Of a stretch of 64,000 nt of DNA, positions 47,398-56,543 are shown one piece after another; position 1 is the stretch's first letter, and the number at the start of each line of letters is the position of its first letter. This stretch comes from Myxococcota bacterium (GTDB taxonomy: Bacteria; Myxococcota_A; Polyangia; Nannocystales; Nannocystaceae), in the NCBI GenBank assembly GCA_039028615.1, contig JBCCHT010000023.1, positions 128,001-192,000 on the forward strand, in the 5' to 3' direction. A program made the translations under genes and the position numbers. Below the pieces are notes generated by a model. It had not been told where the DNA came from. It did not search any database and worked only from the letters and a program-made list of their open reading frames with translations.

Positions 47398-47826
47398 ATG
47401 CTTGCCCTACGCTCGACCCAGTCGGATCTGCTGCACGAATCGTGGGCGGAACGCATCGTCCCCGTGGCTCTCGGATACGCCCGCCGCTGTCATGCGCAGG
47501 CGCTGACGGGCCTGGACGAGCATGAGCGAGAGCACCGGGTGACCGTCGCGCTCGAGCGCGGCTGGGCCTACGGCCTCCGCTCCGACCGGGCCCGCATCGC
47601 CTTCGTGGGCCTCATGCTCGAGCTCGGCCCCGACTTCGATCGACACCCCGCCTTCGCAGAGCGGCTCTGCGAGCCGATCGTCGATGGCGACGAGGACCGC
47701 TTCATTCGTCGCCTCTGGGACGAGGTCTCCGACGAAGCCTGGATCGAGGCGTGGTCGACCCCGCACGGGGACGGCTGGACTCGTCGCGAGTCGCTGCCGA
47801 CGACCGCCATGGGATTCATCTCGTGA
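47398..47826 (+). CDS. Hypothetical cytoplasmic protein (resembles small toxin-locus adaptor-like proteins)
   Basis: RGWAYGLRSDRARIAFVGLMLELGPDFDRHP; SD-like GAGGA; GTGA overlap with the lipase. Confidence 0.7.
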   Translation: MLALRSTQSDLLHESWAERIVPVALGYARRCHAQALTGLDEHEREHRVTVALERGWAYGLRSDRARIAFVGLMLELGPDFDRHPAFAERLCEPIVDGDEDRFIRRLWDEVSDEAWIEAWSTPHGDGWTRRESLPTTAMGFIS

Positions 47827-48980
47827 AGATCGCCCCGCTCGCGACCCTGTTCGCCACCATGCCCGTGGCGGGGCAGGCCTTCACCCCGATCGCTCAGACG
47901 AGGCCGCACGCACCGATCGCGACGCCGCCCGGCACCTCGCGGTTGATGATGGGCAAGCTCTTCGACCAGGAGATCGCCCCGCAGTTCTCGGACGATCGCA
48001 ACCCGGCCCAGCGATGTGGGACCAAGCCCGTGCCCACCCGTGGGCTGGGGCGTGGCTCCGATCCCGAGGGCCCGCGCATCCCCTGGCTGCGTAATCGGGC
48101 GGACGGCGAGGGCGTCTCTCCGCTGATCGAGGGCGCCAGCCCTCCCGCGGGCCGGGAGTCCTTCGACATCACCACCGGTCTGGCGCGGCTCATCTACGAG
48201 CCCGACTTTCGCGAGGCCATGGGCGGCTACGATCACCTGGCGACGCTGTCGCTGGCCGACCACGACCGGGTGTCTCCTTCGCGCATCCACGAGGGCTCGG
48301 CCGTGCACGCGGTCACCGACAACATCCTGCTGCTGCGCAGCGTGGAGCGAGCCCCCGACGGGTCGCGCTATGTCCATACCCGGGTCGTGTTCCGCGGCAC
48401 CGACTTCTCCGATTCCCGCGACCGTTCGGTGGACCTGCACTCGTTCTTCTCGTCGTCGATCACCATGCCGCTGGGCGAACCGCAGGGTCGCTCCGTCGAG
48501 GTCGGCCAGGGCTGGGTCGAGCGCTACGAAGAGCACCGCGCCGCCATTCGCCGGGCCATCGACGAGGATCGGGCCGCCGCGGTGGCCAATCGCCTCCCGC
48601 ACCACATCACCTTCGTCGGGCATAGCCTCGGCGGGGCGGTGTGCGTGCTCGCGGCGACCGACGAGGCCTGCCGCCACCGCCGAGAGCGACGCGGCGATCC
48701 GCCGATCCACGTGGTCGCGCTGTCCCCCGCTCGAGTGGGCTATGGCCAGAAATTCGGCGCGCTCGCGCTCGAGCTGCAGGACGCCGGTCACCTCGACGGC
48801 GTGCAGGTGCGGCAGAGCTGGGACCCGGTGTCCTCGGGCCCGCCGGGAGCGCGGGAGCCCGAGGTTCCGCTGGTCGAGCTGCGCGGCGTGGCCCCGACGC
48901 CCTTGCAGGCGCTCGACAACCACGACGTCGACCACGTACGCAACCGCCTCGGCACGGTGCTCGACGGCGGCAAGCTCTGA
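47823..48980 (+). CDS. Class 3 lipase family protein
   Basis: VVFRGT, ITFVGHSLGGA (Ser), WDPV (Asp), DNH (His). GTG start 47823. Confidence 0.85.
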   Translation: MKIAPLATLFATMPVAGQAFTPIAQTRPHAPIATPPGTSRLMMGKLFDQEIAPQFSDDRNPAQRCGTKPVPTRGLGRGSDPEGPRIPWLRNRADGEGVSPLIEGASPPAGRESFDITTGLARLIYEPDFREAMGGYDHLATLSLADHDRVSPSRIHEGSAVHAVTDNILLLRSVERAPDGSRYVHTRVVFRGTDFSDSRDRSVDLHSFFSSSITMPLGEPQGRSVEVGQGWVERYEEHRAAIRRAIDEDRAAAVANRLPHHITFVGHSLGGAVCVLAATDEACRHRRERRGDPPIHVVALSPARVGYGQKFGALALELQDAGHLDGVQVRQSWDPVSSGPPGAREPEVPLVELRGVAPTPLQALDNHDVDHVRNRLGTVLDGGKL

Positions 48981-49102
48981 ACGTCGCGGCGCAGGGCGGC
49001 GCAACCAACGAGAGCGTGCCGCCCAGACACCGTCGGTGGAGGTCCGTGGCGTGACCGCGAACTTCACCGACCGTGTCTGAGCGGCACCGAAGCTGCCCCC
49101 GG

Positions 49103-49744
49103 CTACGAGCTGTGGGCTCGAAAGGGATCCGAGCGCCGGAAGATGAGCGTGACTTCGTCCATCTCGTCCGAGTACTCGGGCGGCGTGCAATCGAAGACGA
49201 CGGCGGAGGGAATCGGGGGTGGCTCGCCGGGCTTGCGCGCCGACGAACTCCGGCGACTCGGGCCCGGCATCGAGGTGACCACGGTGCGGTCGGGATCGGA
49301 GACCTCGTCCCAACCCGCCGCCAGACGCACGAGCTCCGCCGCCGCAATCACCTCGCCCGACTCGATCAGCTCGGACGCGAGGTCCTCGGCGAACTCGATC
49401 GCCTGGGTGCGCGCCGCGTTGGGCGTCTCGGTCGCGACGGTGGTGGCAAACCCGCGACGTAGGCACACCGTGGCCGCCCGACGCTCGTCGGCCAGCCGAT
49501 ACGCCCGAGCCCACATCAACATCGGCGCGATGGACCGCGGCTCGAGCTCGTCGGTGAACGCCCGCGTGCGCGGGAAGACCAAGCCGGGGTTCGTCGACGC
49601 CTCGGAGGCGAGCAGGCTGGTCGGGCCGTGGGTCATCGTCGTGACCAAGGCCGAGCTGTCGGCAGCATCCGGCCGCCCCCAAGTGAAACCGTCGGGTCGG
49701 GTGGGCGCGCAACGTTGTCGATCCATCGCGGGGTAAGTCACCAC
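49103..49744 (-). CDS. Hypothetical protein
   Basis: Fills the gap between two genes; helical mid-section; no recognised motif. Confidence 0.45.
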   Translation of the reverse strand: MVTYPAMDRQRCAPTRPDGFTWGRPDAADSSALVTTMTHGPTSLLASEASTNPGLVFPRTRAFTDELEPRSIAPMLMWARAYRLADERRAATVCLRRGFATTVATETPNAARTQAIEFAEDLASELIESGEVIAAAELVRLAAGWDEVSDPDRTVVTSMPGPSRRSSSARKPGEPPPIPSAVVFDCTPPEYSDEMDEVTLIFRRSDPFRAHSS

Positions 49745-49780
49745 CGTCCGGTCGATCTATTCAGCCTCCACGGCCCCGAT

Positions 49781-50380
49781 TCAGAGCACATACTGGCAGA
49801 TCTTGCTGGTGGGCGAGCACGTCATGGATTCGGGGCAAGTTCGGTCGTCGCCACAACGCAAGATGCAGTGGGTGGGCTCGAGCAAGCAGCCGCGCTGACC
49901 CATGCCCATGTTGCCGCAGCGCTCGCCCTCCACCGTGCAGTCGGAGTTGTCTTGGCAAGACTCGGCACTGCTGAAAGGGTTGGTGGCGCATCGGCCCCGC
50001 GCATCACCATCGAAGCCCGAGGGGCACGTCGGCGAGCCATCGCCCGAGCACGCGGGGATGCAAACCCAGCCCTGCATGTCGAAGGTGATCGGGCCATGGA
50101 AGCCCGGCGGACACTCGCCCCCGCCGTCGAGCGGGGTCGGACGCGGGTAGTCGGGATCTTCAGGGAGCTCCACGCCGCCGTCCCCCGACGACGAGGGCTC
50201 TTCGGCCTCCCCCGTGGTGCTCGCGTCGACCTCGTCCGTGGTGGTCTCGTCCTCGGGGATCGACGTGGTGGCCAGCCCGCTCTCGCTGATGAAGACCTCG
50301 CTCGGCACCGGCTGCGGGCCACAACCGAGCAGCCAGCCCAGCGCGAAGGGAAGCGACGAAAGTAGAGTTCGGGTCTTCAT
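49781..50380 (-). CDS. Cys-rich lipoprotein
   Basis: MKTRTLLSSLPFALGWLLGC; acidic linker; Cys-rich domain. Confidence 0.85.
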   Translation of the reverse strand: MKTRTLLSSLPFALGWLLGCGPQPVPSEVFISESGLATTSIPEDETTTDEVDASTTGEAEEPSSSGDGGVELPEDPDYPRPTPLDGGGECPPGFHGPITFDMQGWVCIPACSGDGSPTCPSGFDGDARGRCATNPFSSAESCQDNSDCTVEGERCGNMGMGQRGCLLEPTHCILRCGDDRTCPESMTCSPTSKICQYVL

Positions 50381-50771
50381 CACGGTGCGCGTCCACCCCC
50401 GGGCCACGACCACCGCCATCGCAGCGGTCGTCGGCGCTCGATGTATCGACGGCCGATCCACCGCCCGTGGTCACCTCGCCGTCGGCGCTCGGGCTTGGGC
50501 CTCCACCGTCCGGGCTGGTGTCCCCTGCGGTCGAGGCACCGTCGCTGGCTTCCCCATCGCCCGTCCGACCCCAGCGAGGTCTCATCATCGTGACCGCCAG
50601 CATGAAGATGACGACGACAATGCCCCGCGATCGAGTGCGGCCTGCGAGGGAGCTGGTTCATGGTTTCGCTGTGAGCGCCGAGGAGGGCGCTCGAGTGGGG
50701 AGTCACCACCTCCCGGGTCGATCATTCATGGTTTCTTCGATTTGTCGTCCGACGTGGGAAGGCGACGCCGA

Positions 50772-52007
50772 TCAGCTCGCGTCGCGCTCGTGCACCCGGG
50801 CCAGCCCATCGAACACAAGCTGGACCCACCGCGGGTCGCGGGCGCCCTTGAAGCGGTAGCCGTTGACGAAGAACGTCGGGGTGGTCTCGATGCCCATGCC
50901 CCGCGCTCGACGGATGCTTCGACGAACCTCTCGCTCCGTGTCCGGATCGTCGAGACACGCCCGGAACTCGTCCTCAGGCAGCCCCAGCTCCACCGCGTAC
51001 TCGACCAGCTGCTCCGGCTGGAACGCGGGTTGGTTGCGGAACAGCAGCTCGCCGTACTCGAAGAACGCGTCATGACGATGGGCACACTGCGCCGCCATTG
51101 CGGCCGCACACGCGCGCGGATGGGTCTGCTCGACGCCCGGGTTGCAGGTGGAATCGAGCGGGAAGTGCACGAACACCACGCGGACGCCAAAGGAGGTCTG
51201 CTTCAGGTACTTGCCCACCGCGGTCCACAGCTGGAGGCAGAAGGGGCACTCGAAGTCGGCGAGCTCGACCACCGTGAGCGGAGCATCCGCCGGACCCATG
51301 CTGGGCAAGCCCTCGAGGTCGAGATCGATGGGCTGTTCGTCTTGCAGCACCCGTTCGAGCACCGCCTCCGCGATGCGATCGAGCGCCTGGGCGCGACGAT
51401 GTTGATAACCCCAGTAGCCCGCGGACACGCCCAGCACGAAGATGGCGGCAGCCACCGCGCCAGGGCGCCCGACGACGCTGCGCAGCACTTGCCGCACCGA
51501 CCCGCCACGGCCGACCCGCCACGCCGCGAAGGCACACAGCGCCATCGCGACGTTGATCCCGTACCAAGCCACGCAGAACGGGCAGAACGAGCGCTCGATG
51601 AACGAGAAGGTGCCCATGAGCATCGAGGCCATCAGGCTCACCATCGCGAGGCCGAAGGCGAGGTTTCGCCAGGGGTCGCGCGCCGCGGCTCGGTGGCGAC
51701 GGGCCCTGGCCGCGACGATGGCGGTAGCCGCCGCTCCTCCCAAGCCAATTACGGAGACGGGGATGCCCGCGAGGTCGCCGAAGCGCCCGGTGGTGACGGC
51801 ACAGCCGTGGGTCGTCAACGCGCCGCAGACCTTACGAAGCTCCGAGCCCGGGCTGAACTCGTAGTCGACGTGGATCATGGTGAGGTACCAGCCGTTGACC
51901 ACGCCCAGCATGGCCAGGACCACCACCGCCCCCAATAGGATCCCGCGCCAGCGTTGCTGACGAATGATGGCCGACGAAAGTTCGGTTGGCGCCGCTCGGT
52001 CTCGCAT
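50772..52007 (-). CDS. VKOR-DsbA (thioredoxin) fusion, disulfide bond formation protein
   Basis: VKOR loop cysteines (VCGALTTHGC) and CPFC; second CPFC after ADFE; HFPLDSTCN; TPTFFVNG. Confidence 0.92.
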   Translation of the reverse strand: MRDRAAPTELSSAIIRQQRWRGILLGAVVVLAMLGVVNGWYLTMIHVDYEFSPGSELRKVCGALTTHGCAVTTGRFGDLAGIPVSVIGLGGAAATAIVAARARRHRAAARDPWRNLAFGLAMVSLMASMLMGTFSFIERSFCPFCVAWYGINVAMALCAFAAWRVGRGGSVRQVLRSVVGRPGAVAAAIFVLGVSAGYWGYQHRRAQALDRIAEAVLERVLQDEQPIDLDLEGLPSMGPADAPLTVVELADFECPFCLQLWTAVGKYLKQTSFGVRVVFVHFPLDSTCNPGVEQTHPRACAAAMAAQCAHRHDAFFEYGELLFRNQPAFQPEQLVEYAVELGLPEDEFRACLDDPDTEREVRRSIRRARGMGIETTPTFFVNGYRFKGARDPRWVQLVFDGLARVHERDAS

Positions 52008-52280
52008 TGTTCACACCCTCAGGGGATCTTCCCCTCCCAGTCTTCAGTCACCCCACGGACCCATCCTCATTCGGGCTCGACGCGGAATTGTCGGAGACGC
52101 GATGGCCCTCAGGAGCACCTCGCAGCGGCTCGTAGGAGGCTTTTTTCGCCCACTGTCACGATAACCTCGCACCGGGCTGAACAAGATCGGGCAGAGCCCG
52201 TGACTGAAAGATTGTGTGCATGACCGGAGCGGAGCCGCCATCCGGAGCACGAAGAGAATCTCCACGAGAAGGAATAGAGG

Positions 52281-53234
52281 ATGGATAGTTCAGCACGAAA
52301 CACGAAGAAACCGACCCGGCGCTACTCGATCGTAGGCCAGGCCCTCGCCGCCACCCTATGCCTGTCCGCATACAGTGCGTGCGACCAGGGGCCCGAGGAC
52401 CGAGACCTGCTCGACGACCTCGATCGCGGCGACGGAGACGAGTGTCCCGTCTCGGACGTGCCGGTCGCATTCCACCGCGCAACGTTCAACTACTCCACGT
52501 GGGACTATGAGTTCGGCTATAGCGATGTCATCGGGCTCAAGGGAGCCCCCGTCGATACCGACGAGGGGCGATGGGCCAGCCTGCACGATGGGAATGACGC
52601 CTATGTCTACTTCATGAACGATGGCGGCACTGCGCTCCACCAGTTCCGCTACGCAGAAGCCGATGATGATGGCTTTGGCGGGGGATTGGGCGGCCTGCCC
52701 GGCTTGGGCGGCTTCGCGTTGCCGAGCTTCGAGTATCAGCGGACGATCTCGTTTTTCGGCTATCCCAGCGATGCCGACAAGTCCAGCTTCGCCATGCTGC
52801 ACGACGGGGGTGCCACACGGCTGTACTTCCTGAACAACGGCAAGAATCAGCTCATCCAGGGCGCGCTCAACCCCGGCTCCGGCCGCTTCGAGTACGGTCA
52901 CAACTCGATTCCGAAGATGACCATCGCGGACATTCCCGGCGACGCCGACTGGAGCGGATGGGGCATGCTGCACTCCGGCGACGAGTATCGCCTGTACTCC
53001 CTCGGTGCCAACGACGCGAAGATGCACGAGTATCTGTGGAGCGACGGGGCCTATCGAAACCTCGACCACTTCGAGCCCTTCGACATCACCAACCACCACC
53101 CCGATACGGTCCGCGGTGACTTCGGCATGCTGCACGGCGACGGCGAATATCAGCTGCTGATGCACATGACGGTCCACGAGCACCCGGGTCTCCCGGACTT
53201 CCCCGGCTGCGACGGCCCGCTCTGCTTCGAGTAG
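52281..53234 (+). CDS. Lipoprotein with four (M/S)LH(D)G repeats
   Basis: YSAC lipobox; WASLHDG, FAMLHDG, WGMLHSG, FGMLHGDG. Confidence 0.8.
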   Translation: MDSSARNTKKPTRRYSIVGQALAATLCLSAYSACDQGPEDRDLLDDLDRGDGDECPVSDVPVAFHRATFNYSTWDYEFGYSDVIGLKGAPVDTDEGRWASLHDGNDAYVYFMNDGGTALHQFRYAEADDDGFGGGLGGLPGLGGFALPSFEYQRTISFFGYPSDADKSSFAMLHDGGATRLYFLNNGKNQLIQGALNPGSGRFEYGHNSIPKMTIADIPGDADWSGWGMLHSGDEYRLYSLGANDAKMHEYLWSDGAYRNLDHFEPFDITNHHPDTVRGDFGMLHGDGEYQLLMHMTVHEHPGLPDFPGCDGPLCFE

Positions 53235-53255
53235 GCACCCAAGACGGCACGACTC

Positions 53256-53299
53256 GGCCATGCCCTCCGCTTCATCGTCGGAGGTGCATGGCCTTTTTT
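53256..53299 (+). terminator. Intrinsic terminator
   Basis: GGCCATGC-CCTCCG...CGGAGG-T-GCATGGCC followed by TTTTTT. Confidence 0.75.
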
Positions 53300-53326
53300 C
53301 GTTCGTGATCACGAGGGAACGGACCC

Positions 53327-54223
53327 TCAATCGCGGCGTCGTATCGCCAGGGTGACGAGCAGCGCGAAGGCCCAGCCTCCGAACTCCGGTCGCTCGCCCA
53401 CGCGACAGCCCGCCTCTTCGTCGGTGGCCGGCTCGAGCTCGAGGCAGCCTCCGTTTTCGCAGCCCGGCGGCAGCAGCTGGGCTCCGGTCAGCGTCTGCAC
53501 CCACAGCAAGGCGGAGTAGGGCACGCCGTACCAGCCTCCCGCGCCGCAGGGGTTGGAGCCCCGCGAGGTGACGCCGGCGAGGCGATAGCCTCCGCGACCG
53601 AGCGGCACGACGGCCGCGCCCCCCGAGTCTCCGCTACACGTGTCGCGCTGTTGACCCCCGGCGTAGAACTCGATCCCGTTGTCCGAGAACTCGCTGATGG
53701 TCGTGGTCACCTTGCGCTTGAGCGGACTGGCCGCCATCTGCTGGTGGGGATCGTCGGTGCCGTACCCCGCGAGCAAGACCACGTTGCCGATCCGCATGGT
53801 CTCGTCCCACTCGCGGGGGTCGGTCAGCGGATGCAGGTAGCCACCCGCGGGCTCGTAGTCCCGCGGCAGCTCCACGTAGGCGAAGTCGTAGGCCTCCTCC
53901 TGGCACAGCACGCAATACTGCGGGTGAATGCCGAAGCCCTCGGCGACCATGGAGTCCTTGGTGCCCCGCGGGCCGAAGCCGACGGTGACCGTCGCGTCCT
54001 CGTCGAGGTCATCGAAGCAGTGCGCGGCGGTGAGCACGACGCGAGGGGCGATGAGCGTGCCCGAGCAGCTCCCGTAGTTGGTGGTCAGCAGCACCACCGC
54101 GTCGAGCTCGTCCTCTCCCGCTTCCACCCCGCCGATGATCGGCACCGCGTCGGGCGGATCCGTCAGCTCGTCGGGCTGGGCCGAAGCCACGCCCGGGGCC
54201 GCCAGCAGGCCCGCCAGTGTCAT
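53327..54223 (-). CDS. Trypsin-like S1 serine protease with MYXO-CTERM-like tail
   Basis: IIGG, CSGTLI, TAAHC, DFA, DTCSGDSGG; tail GCRVG...WAFALLVTLAIRRR. Start uncertain. Confidence 0.92.
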   Translation of the reverse strand: MTLAGLLAAPGVASAQPDELTDPPDAVPIIGGVEAGEDELDAVVLLTTNYGSCSGTLIAPRVVLTAAHCFDDLDEDATVTVGFGPRGTKDSMVAEGFGIHPQYCVLCQEEAYDFAYVELPRDYEPAGGYLHPLTDPREWDETMRIGNVVLLAGYGTDDPHQQMAASPLKRKVTTTISEFSDNGIEFYAGGQQRDTCSGDSGGAAVVPLGRGGYRLAGVTSRGSNPCGAGGWYGVPYSALLWVQTLTGAQLLPPGCENGGCLELEPATDEEAGCRVGERPEFGGWAFALLVTLAIRRRD

Positions 54224-54535
54224 TCCCGGCCACGCGCGCGCGCGTCCAACCCATGCGCGTTGTCGAGCCACTCGTCGATGGTCCTTGCGCAATTCACGCT
54301 CATGAGGAGGCCCCGCGCTTGCTTGGTCAAACCCACCGAACCGTCGACGCGAGGCCGGTTCGGGGCCGGGCCGCGGCGATGCCATACCGTCGTCGTTCGC
54401 CATCTCCCCTGTAGGTAACCCACCGCCGCCGAGATCATTCACCCCGAGACAATTTCTCGATGCCGCCGAGTCACATTCAGCGACCACGGGTCACACCGTG
54501 CTTGGATCCCGATCAATCTGCTACGGTGTCGGCAC

Positions 54536-55183
54536 ATGGGTCGGGAAGCGGTTCGAGACTTGGATGACTGGGAGCTGCTCGAACGGTGGCGCAGTGGCGA
54601 TGGCGCCTCCGGCGAGGCGCTCCTGGGCCGCTACCTACAAGTGCTCACCCGCTTCTTCGGCAACAAAGTCAGTAATCCCGACGACGTCGCCGACCTGATC
54701 TCCGAGACCATGCTGGCCTGTACGCGCAGCAAGCAGCAGGTGCGGGACTCGGCCGTGTTCCGGTCGTTCCTGTTCGCATCGGCCATGAACATGCTTCGCC
54801 GGCACTATCGCAAGAAGGCGAAGCGCGATCGGGAGCTCGACGACTTCGCCAACATCTGCGTCGGAGACTCCGATCACCCCCGCTCGATGACCTCATTGGT
54901 CTCGCTGCAGGAGGAGGGGCGCCTGTTGGTCCGAGCCCTGCGGAGACTGCCACTCGACTACCAGATCGTGCTCGAGCTGAGCTTCATCGAGAGCCTCTCC
55001 GGGGCCGAAATCGCCGAGCTACTCGATGTTCCGCAGCCCACCGTGTACACGCGACTTCGGCGCGGCAAAGAGAAGCTGCGCGTGGTGATGGTCGAACTGG
55101 CTCAATCGGCCGAGCTCGCCGACTCCACCATGACCAGCCTGCGCACCTGGGCGGCACGGCTGCGCGACGAGTTCACGCCCTAG
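54536..55183 (+). CDS. ECF RNA polymerase sigma factor
   Basis: ELLERWRSGD, FRSFLF, EIAELLDVPQPTVYTRLRRG. Confidence 0.92.
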   Translation: MGREAVRDLDDWELLERWRSGDGASGEALLGRYLQVLTRFFGNKVSNPDDVADLISETMLACTRSKQQVRDSAVFRSFLFASAMNMLRRHYRKKAKRDRELDDFANICVGDSDHPRSMTSLVSLQEEGRLLVRALRRLPLDYQIVLELSFIESLSGAEIAELLDVPQPTVYTRLRRGKEKLRVVMVELAQSAELADSTMTSLRTWAARLRDEFTP

Positions 55184-55474
55184 TTGTGCCACCGAGCGGC
55201 TCATCCCGAGAGGCGCACGGCGCCCCCGCCGGGGTCTGAACATTGATAGAGCGCGGCGAATCGAAGTTCGGCGTTTCTTCCGAGAAAAATACGCGAGCCT
55301 GAATGATCTTTGGGCAGCCGGGGCACTTAGAACCTGCATCGACGGTGGCCCACAACGCGAGGGGTGACGAGGTCCATGGCGGGACCGGGTCGGCTCCACG
55401 AACATCGCGACGGGCTCGGACGATCACGCCGGAGGGCAAGGGTGGCGCTCCATGGTCGAGGATGCGGGGGATTG

Positions 55475-56506
55475 ATGATGGAGATCCGTACTGCCATTCG
55501 ATTGGGAGCGTTCGCCTTCACGCTGGGCGCCGTATTGGGAGCCTGTGACTCGGGCGTCTTCTCCTGCAGCGATCACCAGGACTGCACCGACGGCAGCCGC
55601 GTGGGACAGTGCCAGCCCGATGGGTGGTGCAGCTTCTCCGACCCGTCCTGTCCTTCGCAGCAACGCTACGCCGGCCTGTCGGGGGACGAGGTGGCCGGCC
55701 TGTGCGTGCCCGAGATGGGGGAGCTGCCGCCCGAGCCGGAGGTCCCGGCGGGCGGCACCTGGGGCGGAGACGATGGTGCCGCCGACGACGGTGACGACGA
55801 CGGGTTCGGGAGCGACGACGGATTCGGGAGCGACGACGGAGTTCTCGATGGCGGTGACGGGGATGAGTCCACGGGCACAGGAGGTGCCCCGGAAGACCCC
55901 GTCGCCGCCGATTGCCCGGCCGACCCCACGCTCGCCTTGTGCCTGAGCTTCGATGCGGTCGAGGGCAGCACCGTCTACGACGACACCGATCCCACGCTCG
56001 CTGGCGAGCTTCGGGGCGACGCCGAGATCAACGAAGGGCTCATGGGCAACCTGCTCAACCTGCCCGGCGCGGACGGCTATGTCACCCTCGACAACGCGCC
56101 CGACCCCGACGCTTCGTTCAGCATCGACGTGTGGGTCTGGATCGACGCGCAGTCTCCCGAGTGGGCGGGGATCATCGACAAGTGGCGCGGCGACGACGGG
56201 TACTGGCTCGGCGGCACCGAGGTGCCGGGTGGCCTGACCTTCTGGGTCGACAACCACCACATCGACGTCGCTCAGGTACCGACCGAGCAGTGGATCCGCA
56301 TCGTCGCGACGTACGACGACGACGCCGGTCGCATGTCGCTATACGTCGACGGTGAGCTCGTCGCCGAGGGTAACCACGACCAGCAGCCGACCCCGAGCGG
56401 CCATGCCCTCGAAGTCGGGCGAGCCGTCGACGACCAGAGCTGGTTCGCCGGCCAGGTCGAGACGGTGCGAGTCTGGAATCGCGTGCTGGACCCCAGCGAG
56501 ATGTAA
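55475..56506 (+). CDS. Lipoprotein with LamG/concanavalin A-like domain
   Basis: LGAC lipobox; Cys-rich N-domain; FSIDVWV, WIRIVATYD, LYVDG, FAGQVETVRVWNRVL. Confidence 0.88.
   Translation: MMEIRTAIRLGAFAFTLGAVLGACDSGVFSCSDHQDCTDGSRVGQCQPDGWCSFSDPSCPSQQRYAGLSGDEVAGLCVPEMGELPPEPEVPAGGTWGGDDGAADDGDDDGFGSDDGFGSDDGVLDGGDGDESTGTGGAPEDPVAADCPADPTLALCLSFDAVEGSTVYDDTDPTLAGELRGDAEINEGLMGNLLNLPGADGYVTLDNAPDPDASFSIDVWVWIDAQSPEWAGIIDKWRGDDGYWLGGTEVPGGLTFWVDNHHIDVAQVPTEQWIRIVATYDDDAGRMSLYVDGELVAEGNHDQQPTPSGHALEVGRAVDDQSWFAGQVETVRVWNRVLDPSEM
55795..55840 (+). repeat. In-frame 18-nt tandem repeat (DDGFGS, about 2.5 copies)
   Basis: CGACGACGGGTTCGGGAG CGACGACGGATTCGGGAG CGACGACGGA. Confidence 0.8.
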
Positions 56507-56543
56507 CTGGTCGCCGTCGCTTCTCATACGAGCGTGAGTAGAG

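Noticed and set aside
52111..52146. Terminator-like stem with T6 tract
   Set aside because: The stem is short and interrupted, and no upstream gene lies on that strand.
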